A DNA stretch of 63,526 nt, filler included, from Octopus bimaculoides (Eukaryota), in assembly GCF_001194135.2 (NCBI RefSeq). It is 6 parts of 6 records of this genome, joined end to end, with 100 filler letters (N's around TTAATTAATTAA, not from the genome) between each part and the next. Parts side by side here need not be neighbours in the genome. Positions count along the whole stretch, not along the records: positions 34,094 to 39,951 come from NC_068983.1; positions 40,052 to 54,668 come from NC_068989.1; 4 more parts are not named here. One strand, written 5' to 3'. Under the pieces are notes generated by a model. It did no database searches. It was given only the letters and a program-made list of their open reading frames with translations, and was not told the origin of the DNA. Below, piece after piece: positions 37,617-51,780 of the stretch; positions within the stretch are counted from its first letter, which is position 1; every line of letters starts with the position of its first letter. A program made the position numbers and the translations under genes.

Positions 37617-39537
37617 ACAAAAATATTTAACGACAGAAACATTTAACCGTTCTTTTCACTTCTTTTCCTTTCTTTCTAATTCTTGGGTGTTTTTTTTTTC
37701 AGTTTATTTTTTCGTCAGTCTGTCATGGCTTACCAGTTTTACACGGACGTTTAAACTGATTAAATAAATATTTTAAAGAGACATTTTTTAAATAATGTAA
37801 TTAACGAAAATGATTTGAACAAATATTTAAGGATTCAGAGCTGTTTGTTTTTCTTGTCGACAAAAATTGGCACTGAGGGTTTTCGCCCATTTGATAACGT
37901 GTATGTATGCATGACCGTTAGTTTGTGTATGCAAGTTTGCGCGTGCGTTCTTGTGTTAAATGAATGAATATATGGATTCTCAAATTTGTTGAACACAAAA
38001 AACAGAACTACATTATGTTCGTGTCTTCCTCATTTGTTGCTGCTGCGGCTGCCGCTGCTGCTGTTGTTGTTATTGCTTAACATATGGTCAATGGCGTTCC
38101 AACCGCAACCATCTCATCTATTTTCTCTTATATATACTTCTAAGACTAATTTATTCAGTGTGTTCATTTTTTTTTTTCATAAACTGATGTGTGGAAGATT
38201 TAACTGTCATTTCTAGCAGACCACACGATTTGGAAGAGGTTCCCTCGTTGTCTCACGCTCCCTCATTTACATGAATATAGATATTTAGCCTTACTTCTGC
38301 TTTGTTATTGTAATATAAGTTAAGTTCAGCTTGATATGATGGAGTAGAATTCGAATAGAAAGTACTCTAATGTGCCCACACTATTTTTTGTACCGCAACA
38401 CGTAATCTAATTCTACCTACTTTTCGACGACAGAAAGATATGATAGGAGGGGAAATATTGCTGTTATTCACTACAGTTTGAGCGACCAGGTAAAGACCGC
38501 CATCTTCCTTTCGCATCAGTTCTCTGTAGCATAAGTAATCTAAGTGAAATGAAGTGAAATGGCGATATTTAAACTGAAACCATATCGTATACTTGAGCTC
38601 ATATCCACAGACACACTGTACATTGCTGACTTTATGCATAAAATATTCGGGCGAGGCATTTATTTACTTAACTTTGTAGGAAGAAATCAGACGATATTTA
38701 TGATTCCATTGCAAATGACTTAACAATCGATTATTAGAGAAATGTTATAAGACTACTCATGAAATTTAATGTCCTACATTTATCGGATCGCTATGCGTTC
38801 CTGTCAACAATATGCCATTACTTTGTTTCTTTCCTTTTCAAAGTTTTCTCAAATTTCTTTTTTAGTGTATAATCAATATTACAATGAAATTACAACAGTT
38901 ACATACTATAAAATTATAAAAGAATTAGGTTTTCTTATTGTGTCTGTTGATAGCATATGTCGTCTGCTTTGTCTTCTTTTGGTCACACATCACCCACCCA
39001 CCAACCCGCTAACCAACCAACCAACTAACCAACCAACTAACCTACCTACCTACCTACCTACCTACCTAGTTCGTTACAAAGGTTGCTTCTGTCACTTGTA
39101 GCTAGTATATGTACACAAACACATACACACATACATGTGTATATATATNNNNNNNNNNNNNNNNNNNNNNNNNNNNNNNNNNNNNNNNNNNNNNNNNNNN
39201 NNNNNNNNNNNNNNNNNNNNNNNNNNNNNNNNNNNNNNNNNNNNNNNNTGTGTGTATATTTTTTGTGCGTGCGTGTCTGTGTATATTGTGTATGTGAGAG
39301 GTATGTGTGCGTGTGTGCATATGTGTGTATGTGTGTACGTGTATGTGTGTATATGTGTGTGTTTGTGTATGTGAGAGGTGTGTGTGCGTGTGTGTATGTG
39401 TATGTGTATGTGCGTGCGTATGTGTGAGAGCGTAAGGATGTGTGCCAGGTATGTGTGTTATTTTGTGTGTGCACTCCTGTGTGTGTGTGTGCGCATGTGT
39501 ATGCGGCTGTGTATGTACGTGTATGTAGGCGTGCGCG

Positions 39538-39568
<31 letters not shown>

Positions 39569-39599
39569 ATAGGGCTGTGTAAGGTATATATATATATGT

Positions 39600-39824
39600 G
39601 TGTTGTTGTTGGCACTCCGTCGCTTACGACGTCGAGGGTTCCAGTTGATCCGATCGACGGAACAGCCTGCTCATGAAATTAACGTGCAAGTGGCTGAGCA
39701 CTCCACAGACACGTGTACCCTTAACGTAGTTCTCGGGGATATTCAGCGTGACACACTGTGACAAGGCTGACCCCTTGAATTACAGGCACAACAGAAACAG
39801 GAAGTAAGAGCAAAAGTTGCGGTG
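39600..39824 (-). mobile_element. SINE family B, 3' half with (CAA)n tail
   Basis: Minus strand ends ggatcaactggaaccctcgacgtcgtaagcgacggagtgccaacaacaaca. Confidence 0.85.
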
Positions 39825-39935
39825 AAAGAGTACAGTATAAATATATATATGTATACATATATATATACATATATATATTTATATATATATGTATGTATAT
39901 ATATATGTATATATATATATGTGTATGTATATATA

Positions 39936-39951
39936 AGATCGGAAGAGCGTC
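39936..39951 (+). other. Illumina adapter read-through remnant
   Basis: AGATCGGAAGAGCGTC at a contig end. Confidence 0.95.
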
Positions 39952-40068
39952 NNNNNNNNNNNNNNNNNNNNNNNNNNNNNNNNNNNNNNNNNNNNTTAAT
40001 TAATTAANNNNNNNNNNNNNNNNNNNNNNNNNNNNNNNNNNNNNNNNNNNNATAGATAGATGGATAGG

Positions 40069-40920
40069 TAAGAGGTGGTTGCAAAAGTCCAGGACTAGAT
40101 TTTGAGCGGCAGCACACGGTTTCATGCGCAGTGAGAGCTAGTAGCGGCCTTCAGGAGGCAATGTGGTGACTAATATCGTTGTGTTTAATTCACAAGTTGT
40201 GAAATTTGTGTTGACATCTTATTTTGCAGTCTGCGATTTCGTCATGAACAGGAACAAAGAGGCAACATGAAATTTTGCGTTAAAATTTGCAATTTGCTAC
40301 AGAAACATTGAGCATGATTCAACATGCTTATGGTGACGAGGCAATGGGTTCTACGCAATGATTCGAGTGGGTGGCATGAGCGCTTTAAAAGCATAAAAGT
40401 CCCTGGAAGATAATGAACAATCTAGAAGACCTACCACGGGTGTCACCACCGGAAATGTGGAACTTAACATTACGAATTCGTCCCTAAGGTCCAGACTGTC
40501 AATCGAGAGAGCTACTGCAACGTTGTGAAAAGTTTGAGAGAGGACATTCGGCGAGAGCAACGGGCTCTGTTGGGCACGACAAATTGGCTTTCTTCAGAAC
40601 GAAAATGTATCCTGTTACAGAGCCTTCTTCACTCGTAAGTTTCTGCCCCCCCCCCAAAAAAAAAACATGGCATCGCCTCCGCATCCACCCTCTTCCCTAG
40701 ATTTAGCACATGCGGGTTTCTATCTCTTCCCCATGATAAAAATGAATCTCAAAGGTTGTCGTTTTAACACCGTTGTCAAGCTCCATAGCGAATTGCAGAA
40801 GGTCCTCGACTTGCTTACAAAACACGACTTCCAGGACGGCATCCAAAAGTGACAGAAACACTGGGATCGTTGTATTGCTGCGCAAGATGAATATTTCGGA
40901 GGAGATCGATGTTAAAACTT
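40069..40920 (+). mobile_element. Internally deleted mariner element
   Basis: Left TIR-like gaggtggttgcaaaagt; EQRGNMKFCVK..., HERFK..., EFVPKVQTVNRESYC..., PHPPSSLDLAHAGFYLFP (YSPDLAP-like), HWDRCIAAQDEYFGGD. Confidence 0.85.
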
Positions 40921-41566
40921 NNNNNNNNNNNNNNNNNNNNNNNNNNNNNNNNNNNNNNNNNNNNNNNNNNNNNNNNNNNNNNNNNNNNNNNNNNNNNNNN
41001 NNNNNNNNNNNNNNNNNNNNNNNNNNNNNNNNNNNNNNNNNNNNNNNNNNNNNNNNNNNNNNNNNNNNNNNNNNNNNNNNNNNNNNNNNNNNNNNNNNNN
41101 NNNNNNNNNNNNNNNNNNNNNNNNNNNNNNNNNNNNNNNNNNNNNNNNNNNNNNNNNNNNNNNNNNNNNNNNNNNNNNNNNNNNNNNNNNNNNNNNNNNN
41201 NNNNNNNNNNNNNNNNNNNNNNNNNNNNNNNNNNNNNNNNNNNNNNNNNNNNNNNNNNNNNNNNNNNNNNNNNNNNNNNNNNNNNNNNNNNNNNNNNNNN
41301 NNNNNNNNNNNNNNNNNNNNNNNNNNNNNNNNNNNNNNNNNNNNNNNNNNNNNNNNNNNNNNNNNNNNNNNNNNNNNNNNNNNNNNNNNNNNNNNNNNNN
41401 NNNNNNNNNNNNNNNNNNNNNNNNNNNNNNNNNNNNNNNNNNNNNNNNNNNNNNNNNNNNNNNNNNNNNNNNNNNNNNNNNNNNNNNNNNNNNNNNNNNN
41501 NNNNNNNNNNNNNNNNNNNNNNNNNNNNNNNNNNNNNNNNNNNNNNNNNNNNNNNNNNNNNNNNNN

Positions 41567-41610
<44 letters not shown>

Positions 41611-42190
41611 TTATAAAAATGAAGGGAGAGAAAGAAACACAATAGAAGATATATAATTACGTATATAGTTAAGTTGGCATGCAGGAAGCTAGATTGAGAG
41701 TGGAACATATTTTGTAACAGGATTATATCTTCAGAGGTGTACGTTTGTTATTTATCGCACGATTAAGGAAGTACAGTACGAAAGAGACCTTTGTTGTTCT
41801 TTCTAAATCAATAGTCAGGCGCACTGACGTTAAATTTCCGCACGACTTTATTCAATTCCGTTATTGGTTGGCTGTCTTTTGTCCTATGCCAGACACTGAG
41901 GTCCGTTAGAAATCGCAACTTTCCTTCTATTCATGTTGTTTACGTTGTTCCTCTACTCTTCTTGTTAATGACAATGATTCATCAAATATACATGATCGAC
42001 GCATAAACAGATTTACACATATGAAACCTATCCGGAATACATGACCCGGTATCTGTCTGAACACTAACACATCAAAAACTGTCTTTGTAAAACAAACAAC
42101 AAAAAAAGACAGTAAGGAAGACGAATATTTTGAACACTATTGCATTCAGTGAAGTGAGTGAAATTAAAAAAGACAAAAAACATTTCATCC

Positions 42191-42276
42191 TTCACAAGTT
42201 ACCACGCAGTAGGACTGAACCGGGAACTATGTGGTCGGTAAGCAAGCGTCTTACCACACAGCCACTCCTGCGTCTT
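42191..42276 (-). mobile_element. SINE family A, head only
   Basis: Minus strand: gcaggagtggctgtgtggtaagacgcttgcttaccgaccacatagttcccggttcagtcctactgcgtgg. Confidence 0.85.
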
Positions 42277-42585
42277 ATATATGCATATAACAATTAAAGA
42301 AGGCTGATAACTAAGTTAACTTATCTGTGTATTTAATAATCACAGCAACGTTTTGAAATCGCACTACAATCTCTACTAAACTTATGATAAATAAAATATT
42401 CTTAAATGGAACGCTTGCAAACTTGGACAATATCCAGCTTCATATCATTGGCAACATTGTTGTTCTACAAATAAAGAATAAATACACACATACCAATATA
42501 CGCATATGTGCAAGGAAACATATGTATCACTCTTTATTTTCGTAACTGGTATCTATAGTTTAAACCTATCTGTTTCTCTCTCTCA

Positions 42586-42642
<57 letters not shown>

Positions 42643-43353
42643 GCATTTAATTACACGTACACACAGAAGCTCATATACATGTAGGGGTATGTGTGTGCGT
42701 GTGTGTTGGGGGTGAGTGTGTTGAAATTTCATTCTTACTTTGTATTTTCTTTACAAATACCTTCTTTTCACCATAGCATAATTTTATGAAATTTTTGTAG
42801 CCTACGTTCAATTCATTGTACCTGTGTATTGTGAAACAGACAGTAGCACCGCAGGTACATCCAACTGGATATTTTTTGGCACTATACCTCGTAAAACATA
42901 TCAATAGATAATACATTATCGAAATATAATTGATTTTCATACCTTGGTATGATCCCAAAACAAATTTGTTTGTAAAAGTAACCATATATTTAGATAAATG
43001 CTCTTGGCCACGTGCCATTCCGTAGTATCGAATTTGTTAGAAAATATCTGAACATTAAACAATTTAGTGTGCAGCATATTACACCAATGTAGTTTTATAT
43101 TTGTCCGAGGTGCGAAGTTAATTTTTATTTAGTTTTAATTTTTTTTTTCTATTTTCGTTATCGAAGTTGCAGGAAATCATATTAAATCAACTATTTATCC
43201 TCTCTATGTTATTTACGAAATATTTTGCAAGATTTTTACAATATGACATTAGCAGTTGTGTGCACATAGATAATACACTATATACTCGAAAATATTAACC
43301 TGATAGTATAAGAATATTACTGATTTTTAGCGAAGTATCCCATTTGAGGGTTG

Positions 43354-43575
43354 TCAAATGTGACACAACAAGCACTTGAATGGAACCCGCAAGGGAAAAG
43401 GAAGCGAGGACGCCCGAAGCAGACATGGAAGCGGGGCATCTTGGACGAGCTGAGGACCACCGGCCTGACATGGGAAGCAGCCAAGAAACATGCCAATGAC
43501 CGCAAAAAGTGGAAAATAACTGCTGAGGCCCTATGGTCGACAAGGGGAAAAAAGGATTAAAAGAAAAGAAAAGAA
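43354..43575 (+). mobile_element. Young, 5'-truncated RTE LINE 3' end
   Basis: Uninterrupted SNVTQQALEWNPQGKRKRGRPKQTWKR...ANDRKKWKITAEALWSTRGKKD*, then an (AAAAG) tail. Confidence 0.9.
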
Positions 43576-43916
43576 TAGCGAAGTATGAGGTGTAGTTGAA
43601 TAATATGACTGTAAAAACGAATAAGAAAATGTTTGTGACTGTATATTACGTTACCTAATATAATTTCATGTTTTGGCATCTGGGATGTAAAGAATACATA
43701 CGTATTTTCTAGTTACCTTTTCATAGCTCGAGTAATTCTTATTAGTAATATACATAAATGAATTTTCTTTAACTCCATCAAAATGCTAGCAGTTGTAGCA
43801 CGAGGCACAGGTATTTAATATAAATCTAAGTATAAAAACAAATTGGATTGTTTTAGGATATATTTCGTTCAAGAATGAAATTATTATCTCTAAGACGATT
43901 CAAACTACTAGTGATG

Positions 43917-44081
43917 TGTTATGTCTCAAGCTACTGCTATCTAGTACCTTCAGATAATCTCTACTCAACCGCTAAACAACTGCTACTCGACTGCTACTCA
44001 ACACATCTACCACAGCCAGACTTCCTCTATTTATATGTCTTGGGAGATCCTACTTCTTCGCCTGGGGGCGTCGACACAACA
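43917..44081 (-). mobile_element. 165-bp solo LTR (BEL/Pao-like ends)
   Basis: TGTT...AACA ends; 5-bp TSD TGATG at 43912-43916 and 44082-44086; TATAAATAG on the minus strand; homologous to 25944-26282. Confidence 0.9.
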
Positions 44082-44414
44082 TGATGTATATGCATATGTT
44101 GCGAAATATATTTCATGGAAAAAACATGCGAAATATTCATTAGCAAAACCCTTTCCATTGTCATTCAAGAAAGTGCGGATGACATTTCTCAAGATCTTCG
44201 TGACATGTACAGAGAGAAGTCGTTAAACTCGGCTCGGAGTGCTAACCTACTTAAGTCTAACACTCAAGTTCCCTGGCTTCATAGGTAAAGTAAATTGTGA
44301 ACAGAAAGAACTTTGAATACTAGTGAGTGTCTCGATTCGCTTGCTTCCCAACCACATTGCTTCCCAACCACATTGCTTCCCAACCACGTGGCACCTTGTG
44401 CGGTTTGCCTTCCA

Positions 44415-44541
44415 CAGGGTATCCACAAGGTCTGGGTACATGGAGTAAATAAAATCATAACATAAACAATTAAATATAGGAAATAATAATTTCTTAAAGT
44501 ATGTGTTAATCCCCATGTACCCAGACTTTATGGACACCCTG
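44415..44541. mobile_element. 127-bp Tc1/mariner-type MITE
   Basis: About 29-bp TIRs: cagggtatccacaaggtctgggtacatgg versus reverse complement of right end cagggtgtccataaagtctgggtacatgg; flanks CA (left) and TA (right), consistent with a TA TSD. Confidence 0.85.
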
Positions 44542-44611
44542 TACTGTAGCCTCGGACCGACGAAGGCCTTGTGAGTGGATTTGGTAGAAAGAAACTAAAA
44601 AAAACTAAAAA

Positions 44612-44848
44612 TGAAGGTGGTGATCTGGCAGAAACGTTAGCACGCCGGGTGAAATGCTTAGCGGTATTTCGTCTGCCGTTACGTTCTGAGTTCAAATTCC
44701 GCCGAGGTCGACTCTGCCTTTCATCCTTTCTGGGTCGACTAAATAAGTACCAGTTACGCACTGGGGTCGATATAATCAACTTAATCCGTTTGTCTGTCCT
44801 TGTTTGTCCCCTCTGTGTGTAGCCCCTCGTGGGCAGTAAAGAAATAAG
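44612..44848 (+). mobile_element. SINE family C, full length, nested in SINE A
   Basis: ggtggtgatctggcagaaacgttagcacgccggg...cagtaaagaaataag, flanked by aaactaaaaa on both sides. Confidence 0.92.
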
Positions 44849-45416
44849 AAACTAAAAAAAAAAAAACCGTCGTATATATATTATGTAATTCAGTGGCTAA
44901 CTGTCTCTCAGGTTATACATCTATGGATATATACATTCACACACACACAGACACAGGTCTGCACATGCTCACACGCACTCACAGATTCACACAAACATAT
45001 ACGTGGGCAAAAGAAAGGGTATGTTGGTGCAATAGCCAATGTAGATTTATAAAATAGAAATTATACGTGTATCTTAACAGACACAAAACATACGGAAGTT
45101 CCAATTTTCATGGAAAAAATACATATTAGCATGATAGTGTGTAGGCATGCAAAACAATTTGTGTGTGATTAAGATATGGCATGTATGCGTATCTATATGT
45201 AGTCGTGGGGATTTTTACGTAATCGTAGCTTCCTTAATGACGGAGAATTTAAACATATAGATTATATAACTTTGCAACATTTATGAGATATCAAATGTGG
45301 GGAAAGGAAAATGATGTTTCGCCAACAATTTTTATTATTCTTAGGCATTTGTGAAGTCCTTTGACATTGAATTTTAAGTGGAAAGCAAATCTGCACTTTA
45401 TTTAAAATTTTTGCTT

Positions 45417-45674
45417 AATTTCTTCTTCTTCTTCCACGTCTTCTTCTTCTTCTTCTTCTTCTTCTTCTTCTTCCTCCCCTCCCCTCCCCCTTCTTCTTCT
45501 TTTTCTTCTTCTTCTTCTTCTTCTTCTTCTTCTTCTTCTTCTTCTTCTCCTCCTCCTCCTCCTACGTCTTCTTCTTNNNNNNNNNNNNNNNNNNNNNNNN
45601 NNNNNNNNNNNNNNNNNNNNNNNNNNNNNNNNNNNNTTCTTCTTCTTCTTCTTCTTCTTCTTCTTCTTCTTCTT

Positions 45675-45724
<50 letters not shown>

Positions 45725-45845
45725 CATTATCATCACCATTATCATCGTTAGTAATAATAGTAACGGTAATAATGATAATAATAATGACAATAACAATGAT
45801 AATAATAATGACAATAACAATGATAATAATAATAATAATATTGAT
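45417..45845. repeat. Compound (TTC)n/(TCC)n, (ATT)n and (AAT/GAT) microsatellites
   Basis: Seen directly; includes a gap. Confidence 0.9.
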
Positions 45846-46143
45846 GATTGTGATGATATATCTGAAATAAAATTTTAAAAAGCTGAGGCCACTTCTTAAG
45901 CACTTCAAAACTAAATTAGAAAGAAGTGAACATGTATCGTGCTGAGAATTTAATAACGAAATACTCTGTCTCCTTTGGTCGCTAAATACAGTGGAGCAAA
46001 ATATGCCTACACATCAACACGTATACGCTCATTTATGTATACGTACCAATACATATGTACGTATATATATGCGCATACATGCACATATACTTATATTTTC
46101 TACTCATATAATTATATATACATATAAATAATTATATAAATAC

Positions 46144-46186
<43 letters not shown>

Positions 46187-46239
46187 CATATTCATGTTTA
46201 TATTTTTATATTTATTCAACTATATACGTATACGAACAC

Positions 46240-46560
46240 GCACACACATATATGTATATATACGTACATATACATGCACACATACATATATACATACATA
46301 AATGCATACATGCATACATACATACATATGTACATCCATCCATCCATACATACAAACATACATATATACGTACATACATACATACATACTTACATACAAA
46401 TTACAGGCATACATACATACATGCATACATACGTACAAACTTACAGGCATACATACATACATGCATACATACATACATACAAACATGCATACATACAAAC
46501 ATGCATACATACATACAAACATGCATACATACATACATACATAAATGCATACATACATAC
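46240..46560. repeat. (CATA)n-derived cryptic microsatellite
   Basis: Seen directly. Confidence 0.9.
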
Positions 46561-48292
46561 GTGCGTTCATGTGCGTATTTGGTTACACATATTACATCGC
46601 AGAATTATGGCATTGATTCCTTAATTCAAAAGACAAAAAAATGTCCTTAGATATAACACTTTTCGGATATTAAGACGCAACTCTAATCATATACAAAGAC
46701 AATTGCATACACACAAATGCGTATGTAGATGCAAATGTCTGTACGTGTGCGTATGGTGTGTTTAAGTACGTATGTGTGTGCTGAGTTGTAAGAGACATCG
46801 GGAGAGTTATATATAATCAAATAGATATATTTATAGACAGACACACATATGTATAAATGTCCACAAGTACACGTATTCCTAGTAAATCTTATTAGAGACA
46901 TTAAGTATGAATTTGTTATAACAATAGAATTATAATTTAATCATTGAACAGAATTAAATCATTTAATTTTTTATGTGACGTCTTGTTAAAATCACTTTCT
47001 ATTTAGGAAAGAAAACACACGGGGAGCTGAATTTAAAGCAGTTTAAAAGTTACGTTAATACATATTTTCATCGTATTTTTTGTGACAATCGCAAGCCCAG
47101 CAGCATATTCAATCGTCTACAGAAAAGTAATGTAAATATATTAAGACTAAGTGACCTTGCATTCACAAAATTTATATAAATGCACCGAATTTTCTTGAAT
47201 GTATGTTTTTTGGAAGTTTCAATTAAATATTTATGTGTCATTTTTGTCGATAATTTTTATAATACGAGTTTCAAATATTTCTACTTAAAAGCAAAGAAAT
47301 GTTTAGCAAAAATATAATACTAGACGAACCAAATACAAATCAATTCACATTTACTATTCATTTACTATTAAATTTCGTTTTATATTTCGAGGTTTAAAAT
47401 AGAAATATAATGTAGAAGCAATTATTTAGTAAAACATTTACTAGGACGTTTTGACAATCTTAATTGATTTCAGTAAATAAGTTAATGAAATGGTAGCGGC
47501 CAACGACTTGAAAAGTTTTTTTTTTTTATCTTGATGAGATTTACAGGAAAAGTCTAAACTAAAGAACGGTATATTAATATTTTCTAAAACATTTGGCCTG
47601 AAAATAGGATAAATTACAACAGCGTAAACTACTCAGAATGTATTCAAGAACTAGGTGTAGGTGACTTGTTAAGCCTGAAAGTACAACAAAGCAGTACTGA
47701 GTGCAAGTTTGTTAAGCGTCCATACATACTCATGTGCCTCTCCATGTTCGTAGAAAAGTATGATTTGTTACCTACTGAAAATATTCTGTTAAAATAGAAA
47801 TTTTGCACCATTTTCGAACTATACCTATTTTACACTATATCTACATTAATCACAGTATCGTTTAATTACTTTTGGCTACATGTTTTCAAATGCATGAAAT
47901 TCAAACAGATTTTCAAACCCGGTTTTGTGAAGGTCAATATTAGGTTATATATCGCCAAAGGGGTTTTCAATAACACATGTCTGTGCCGAATCTCTCTTTG
48001 CCAATGTGGCTTGTCGTCGATACCGATGGTTCAAGAAAGATGGTGAATGATAAGTGATAACACCGAAACCAAAAAAAAAAAAAATGAAAATGAACAAAAT
48101 TGAATGGAAAGAATTAATTAAATGGAATGTAAAGTAATACAAGATACTTTCAATGAAAAAAATCAAATATTTATATAGACATATATAAATAGATATGTAT
48201 GTATGTGTTTATATATATATATATATATATATTAACTTACATGCATGATGGATACCAGTGAACTTAAACGTTCATAGGCTGTGCGTGTGTGA

Positions 48293-48334
<42 letters not shown>

Positions 48335-48860
48335 GCATACACTCAGAATCATAATTCATTGAAAAGAATGAAATTCGCTGTTTAACTCACTGTTTATTCT
48401 CCACGTTCTATATATTAACTTTATTCCTTCACGTTCAAAATAACTAAATTGTTGATATTGTACAAGGCATAGTCTGTCCTGTTATTTCACTCGTGCATCA
48501 TTTACGTGCGAAGTCATATCTTTAAATGCATAATATATATTCTATAAATGGACATATATATAGAGAGAGGAAGACAAATATAGATTAAGAAGAACGCACA
48601 TTTATATGCCTACTAGAAGCTAAGCCCGGTTTCACTGGGTAGGTTTTCATGCTGTGGCTGTAAAACCTGTTCTGTGTACGCATTCGAGTTATTTGGGCAC
48701 GCTTACGTTAAAAAAACAATATTAGAATGACATTTTTCTGTCAAAATGCTAAAAATAACTGACCGAAGAAAAAAACAACCAAAATACAACCAAATCAAAA
48801 ATTTATCTCAAATACTAAGCAAACAAAGATGAACCATCCTACTTCCATTGTGCGCACACA

Positions 48861-48899
<39 letters not shown>

Positions 48900-49579
48900 A
48901 CGCACACACACACACACGCACACATACACACATTCACATACCTCCACCCTTTTACATACACACAGATATATATTCACACACAGTTGAAACGCTGTTTGAT
49001 TTATTTTTCAGTGTACAATTTTCATCATCCCATTACCAAGTATGACATCACCCCTTCCTTCCTTATTCATAAACACAAGAGTATTATTATAGTAGATTAT
49101 CTCGGTAACCATGACACTTATGAAAAAATACAAAGCCCAGCATCACCACCGTATCATTCTACACATCTGTAATTTTTCGCGCAATTCCACCCAGCCGTTT
49201 GACCATGAATCCCAAGACAAGAAAGAATCGCCCATGTCAAGTTTATATGTAAAGACATTCTGTAAAGATATTTTATAACTAGATACATAGAGAAAGACAA
49301 ACAGAGATTGAGAATTTCGTACATCTAAATACCTTTATTTCTGAGAATCTAATTACTCAATACAAGATGGAGAGAGGATTACTTGATTAGAATATGAAAA
49401 TCAAAAGTGTGTAGTCTGAATTTCTCGATAGCTGCCCATTAGAAATTTAGAGTAACGCTTGCTGTAGCTTTAAATCGTATAAATAATATTATACTCACAC
49501 ACAAACGCGTGCGTACAAAACACACATACGCATACACGCACATACGTTCATACGCAGAGAGAAATACAGATACACTACA

Positions 49580-49625
<46 letters not shown>

Positions 49626-49720
49626 NNNNNNNNNNNNNNNNNNNNNNNNNNNNNNNNNNNNNNNNNNNNNNNNNNNNNNNNNNNNNNNNNNNNNNNNNNN
49701 NNNNNNNNNNNNNNNNNNNN

Positions 49721-49762
<42 letters not shown>

Positions 49763-50514
49763 AAGAGAGAGAAAGGGAGAGAAGGAGAAGGTGAAAGAGG
49801 GCGAAAAACTATGGGTAGATAATTTCAGTATGATTCATTAATTTCACGGATGTAATATTCATTATCCTGTCGATGATTTCAGCAATACTGGAAACTAGAA
49901 ACACTTACACAGCCATAAAGACATGCAAACCGACTAACTAAACAAATAAATACACATACATACGTACACATAAACACGTACATACACACATACAAATACA
50001 CCCGTGTGCGAGCGAGCACACACGCACATATGTTTGTTTTTTTACATATGCATACACGCTTAGATATGCGCGTTGGATTGACAGCGATGAATTATCACAC
50101 CTTTCCCTTCGACCGATAGGCTTTAATGTACAATTATCCAGGAAAGTATTAATGATTGAGTTTTGATTGCTTGATTTTGTAGTTGACGTCATCACAATTT
50201 TGGCCAATGAATAGGTACATTAGAGGTGAGGACGCTATGGCAAAGACTCGTGATGTTTTGTATACGTGTTTGTTTTTTACGACTTATCTTTAGATTAAAC
50301 TTTATCTCATTTGACAAGAGAGAACATCTATTGAAAGTACTAAAGGTGGTAAAATATTTGTTTGAGCTTTCTGAATTATAACTACGGTTGAATTTCTAAA
50401 CTTTTATAATATTCTTGAAAATATCTAGTAGAATACTGCAGTTTGTTTATTAACATCGAAGATATCGCATACACACAGACACACGCAATATTTATGTGTG
50501 AATATATATATCAT

Positions 50515-50936
50515 AGGCGCAGGAGTAGCTGTGTGGTAAGTAGCTTGCTTACCAACCACATGGTTCTGTGTTCAGTCCTACTGCGTAGCACCTTGGGCAG
50601 GTGTCTTCTACTATAGCCTCTGACCGACCAATGCCTTGTGAATGGATTTGGTAGACGGAAACTGAAAGAAGCCCGTCGTATATATGTATATATATGCATA
50701 TGTACATGTGTGTATATGTTTGTGTGTCTGTGTTTGTCCCCGCAACTTCACATGACAACCGATGCTGGTGTGTTTACGTCTCCGTAACTTAGCGGTCCGG
50801 CAAAAGAGACCGATAGAATAAGTACTAGGCTTACAAGGAATAATTCCTGGAGGTCGATTTTCTCGACTAAAGGCCGTGCTCCAGCATGGCCACAGTCAAA
50901 TGACTGCAACAAGTAAAAGAGTAAAAGAGTAAAGAG
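50515..50936 (+). mobile_element. SINE family A, full length
   Basis: aggcgcaggagtagctgtgtggtaag... central TA/TG repeat ...ccagcatggccacagtcaaatgactgcaac (AAAAGAGT)n. Confidence 0.93.
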
Positions 50937-51086
50937 TATATATATATACATAATGAGAGAAAGAGAGAGAGAGTGATATATACATAGAGAGATGGATAGA
51001 TAAATAGATAGATAGACATAACATCGGCCCGTATTTAAAGAGAAAGGTAACCACAGAGAGAGAGAGAGAGAGAGAGGAGGAGGAGG

Positions 51087-51137
<51 letters not shown>

Positions 51138-51749
51138 GTATTTGTAGCAGAGATATAGATGATGTAAAAGCATAGAATAAACTGCTAAAAGAAATGTAAA
51201 ATACATCGATATCCTTACGTTGATTCATACATATAATTATATATATGCACGACCAGTCACATATGACTCCCCGTCTCCGTATATATAAACATATGCACCG
51301 AGTATGAGCGTACGTGAATGTGTATGGATGTGATTGTGAATACTTTCTACTTCAAAGATTTCCGCTCGGTCCTTTGTGGAGGTAAATGGGTAAGAATAAA
51401 CAAATAAGTAAAAAGATAAATATATATAAATAAGCAGCAGTAGCTGCACTAGCAAGCAGCTAGACACGATGCCGGACGTTGATTTCATCTATAATCTTTT
51501 GGATAGGTTGAATTTATTAATGAATAATTCCTGTTTTAACCTGAGTCACCAAGAGACGCTGCAATCATATCGGTATCCTGGCCGCAGCCATTGTCACAGA
51601 CATGTTCGCACGTCTGTGACCGCAGTACAGGTGCGTATGTAGGTATATGTATTTGCCTACTATTGCTCATGTACGTATACAGATATAAACTTCGTCACAT
51701 ACGCACACATATTTACTTATACATATTTGCACTCTCTTTCCCTCTCTCT

Positions 51750-51780
<31 letters not shown>

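Larger units (their letters stand above)
44340..44880 (+). mobile_element. SINE family A host copy, interrupted by a MITE and a family C SINE
   Basis: Head with three tandem ttgcttcccaaccac units; resumes at ctgtagcctcggaccgac (44544) and again at ccgtcgtatatata (44867). Confidence 0.8.

Noticed and set aside
37290-37620. Minus-strand peptide vaguely like a ubiquitin-protease QDAxEFL region
   Set aside because: The ORF is extended by the 48-bp duplication, the motif match is weak and stops follow immediately.
40773-41708. Long ORFs spanning N runs (also 55527-56258, 59068-59827, 61465-62105 and others)
   Set aside because: Mostly X residues plus dinucleotide-repeat peptides.
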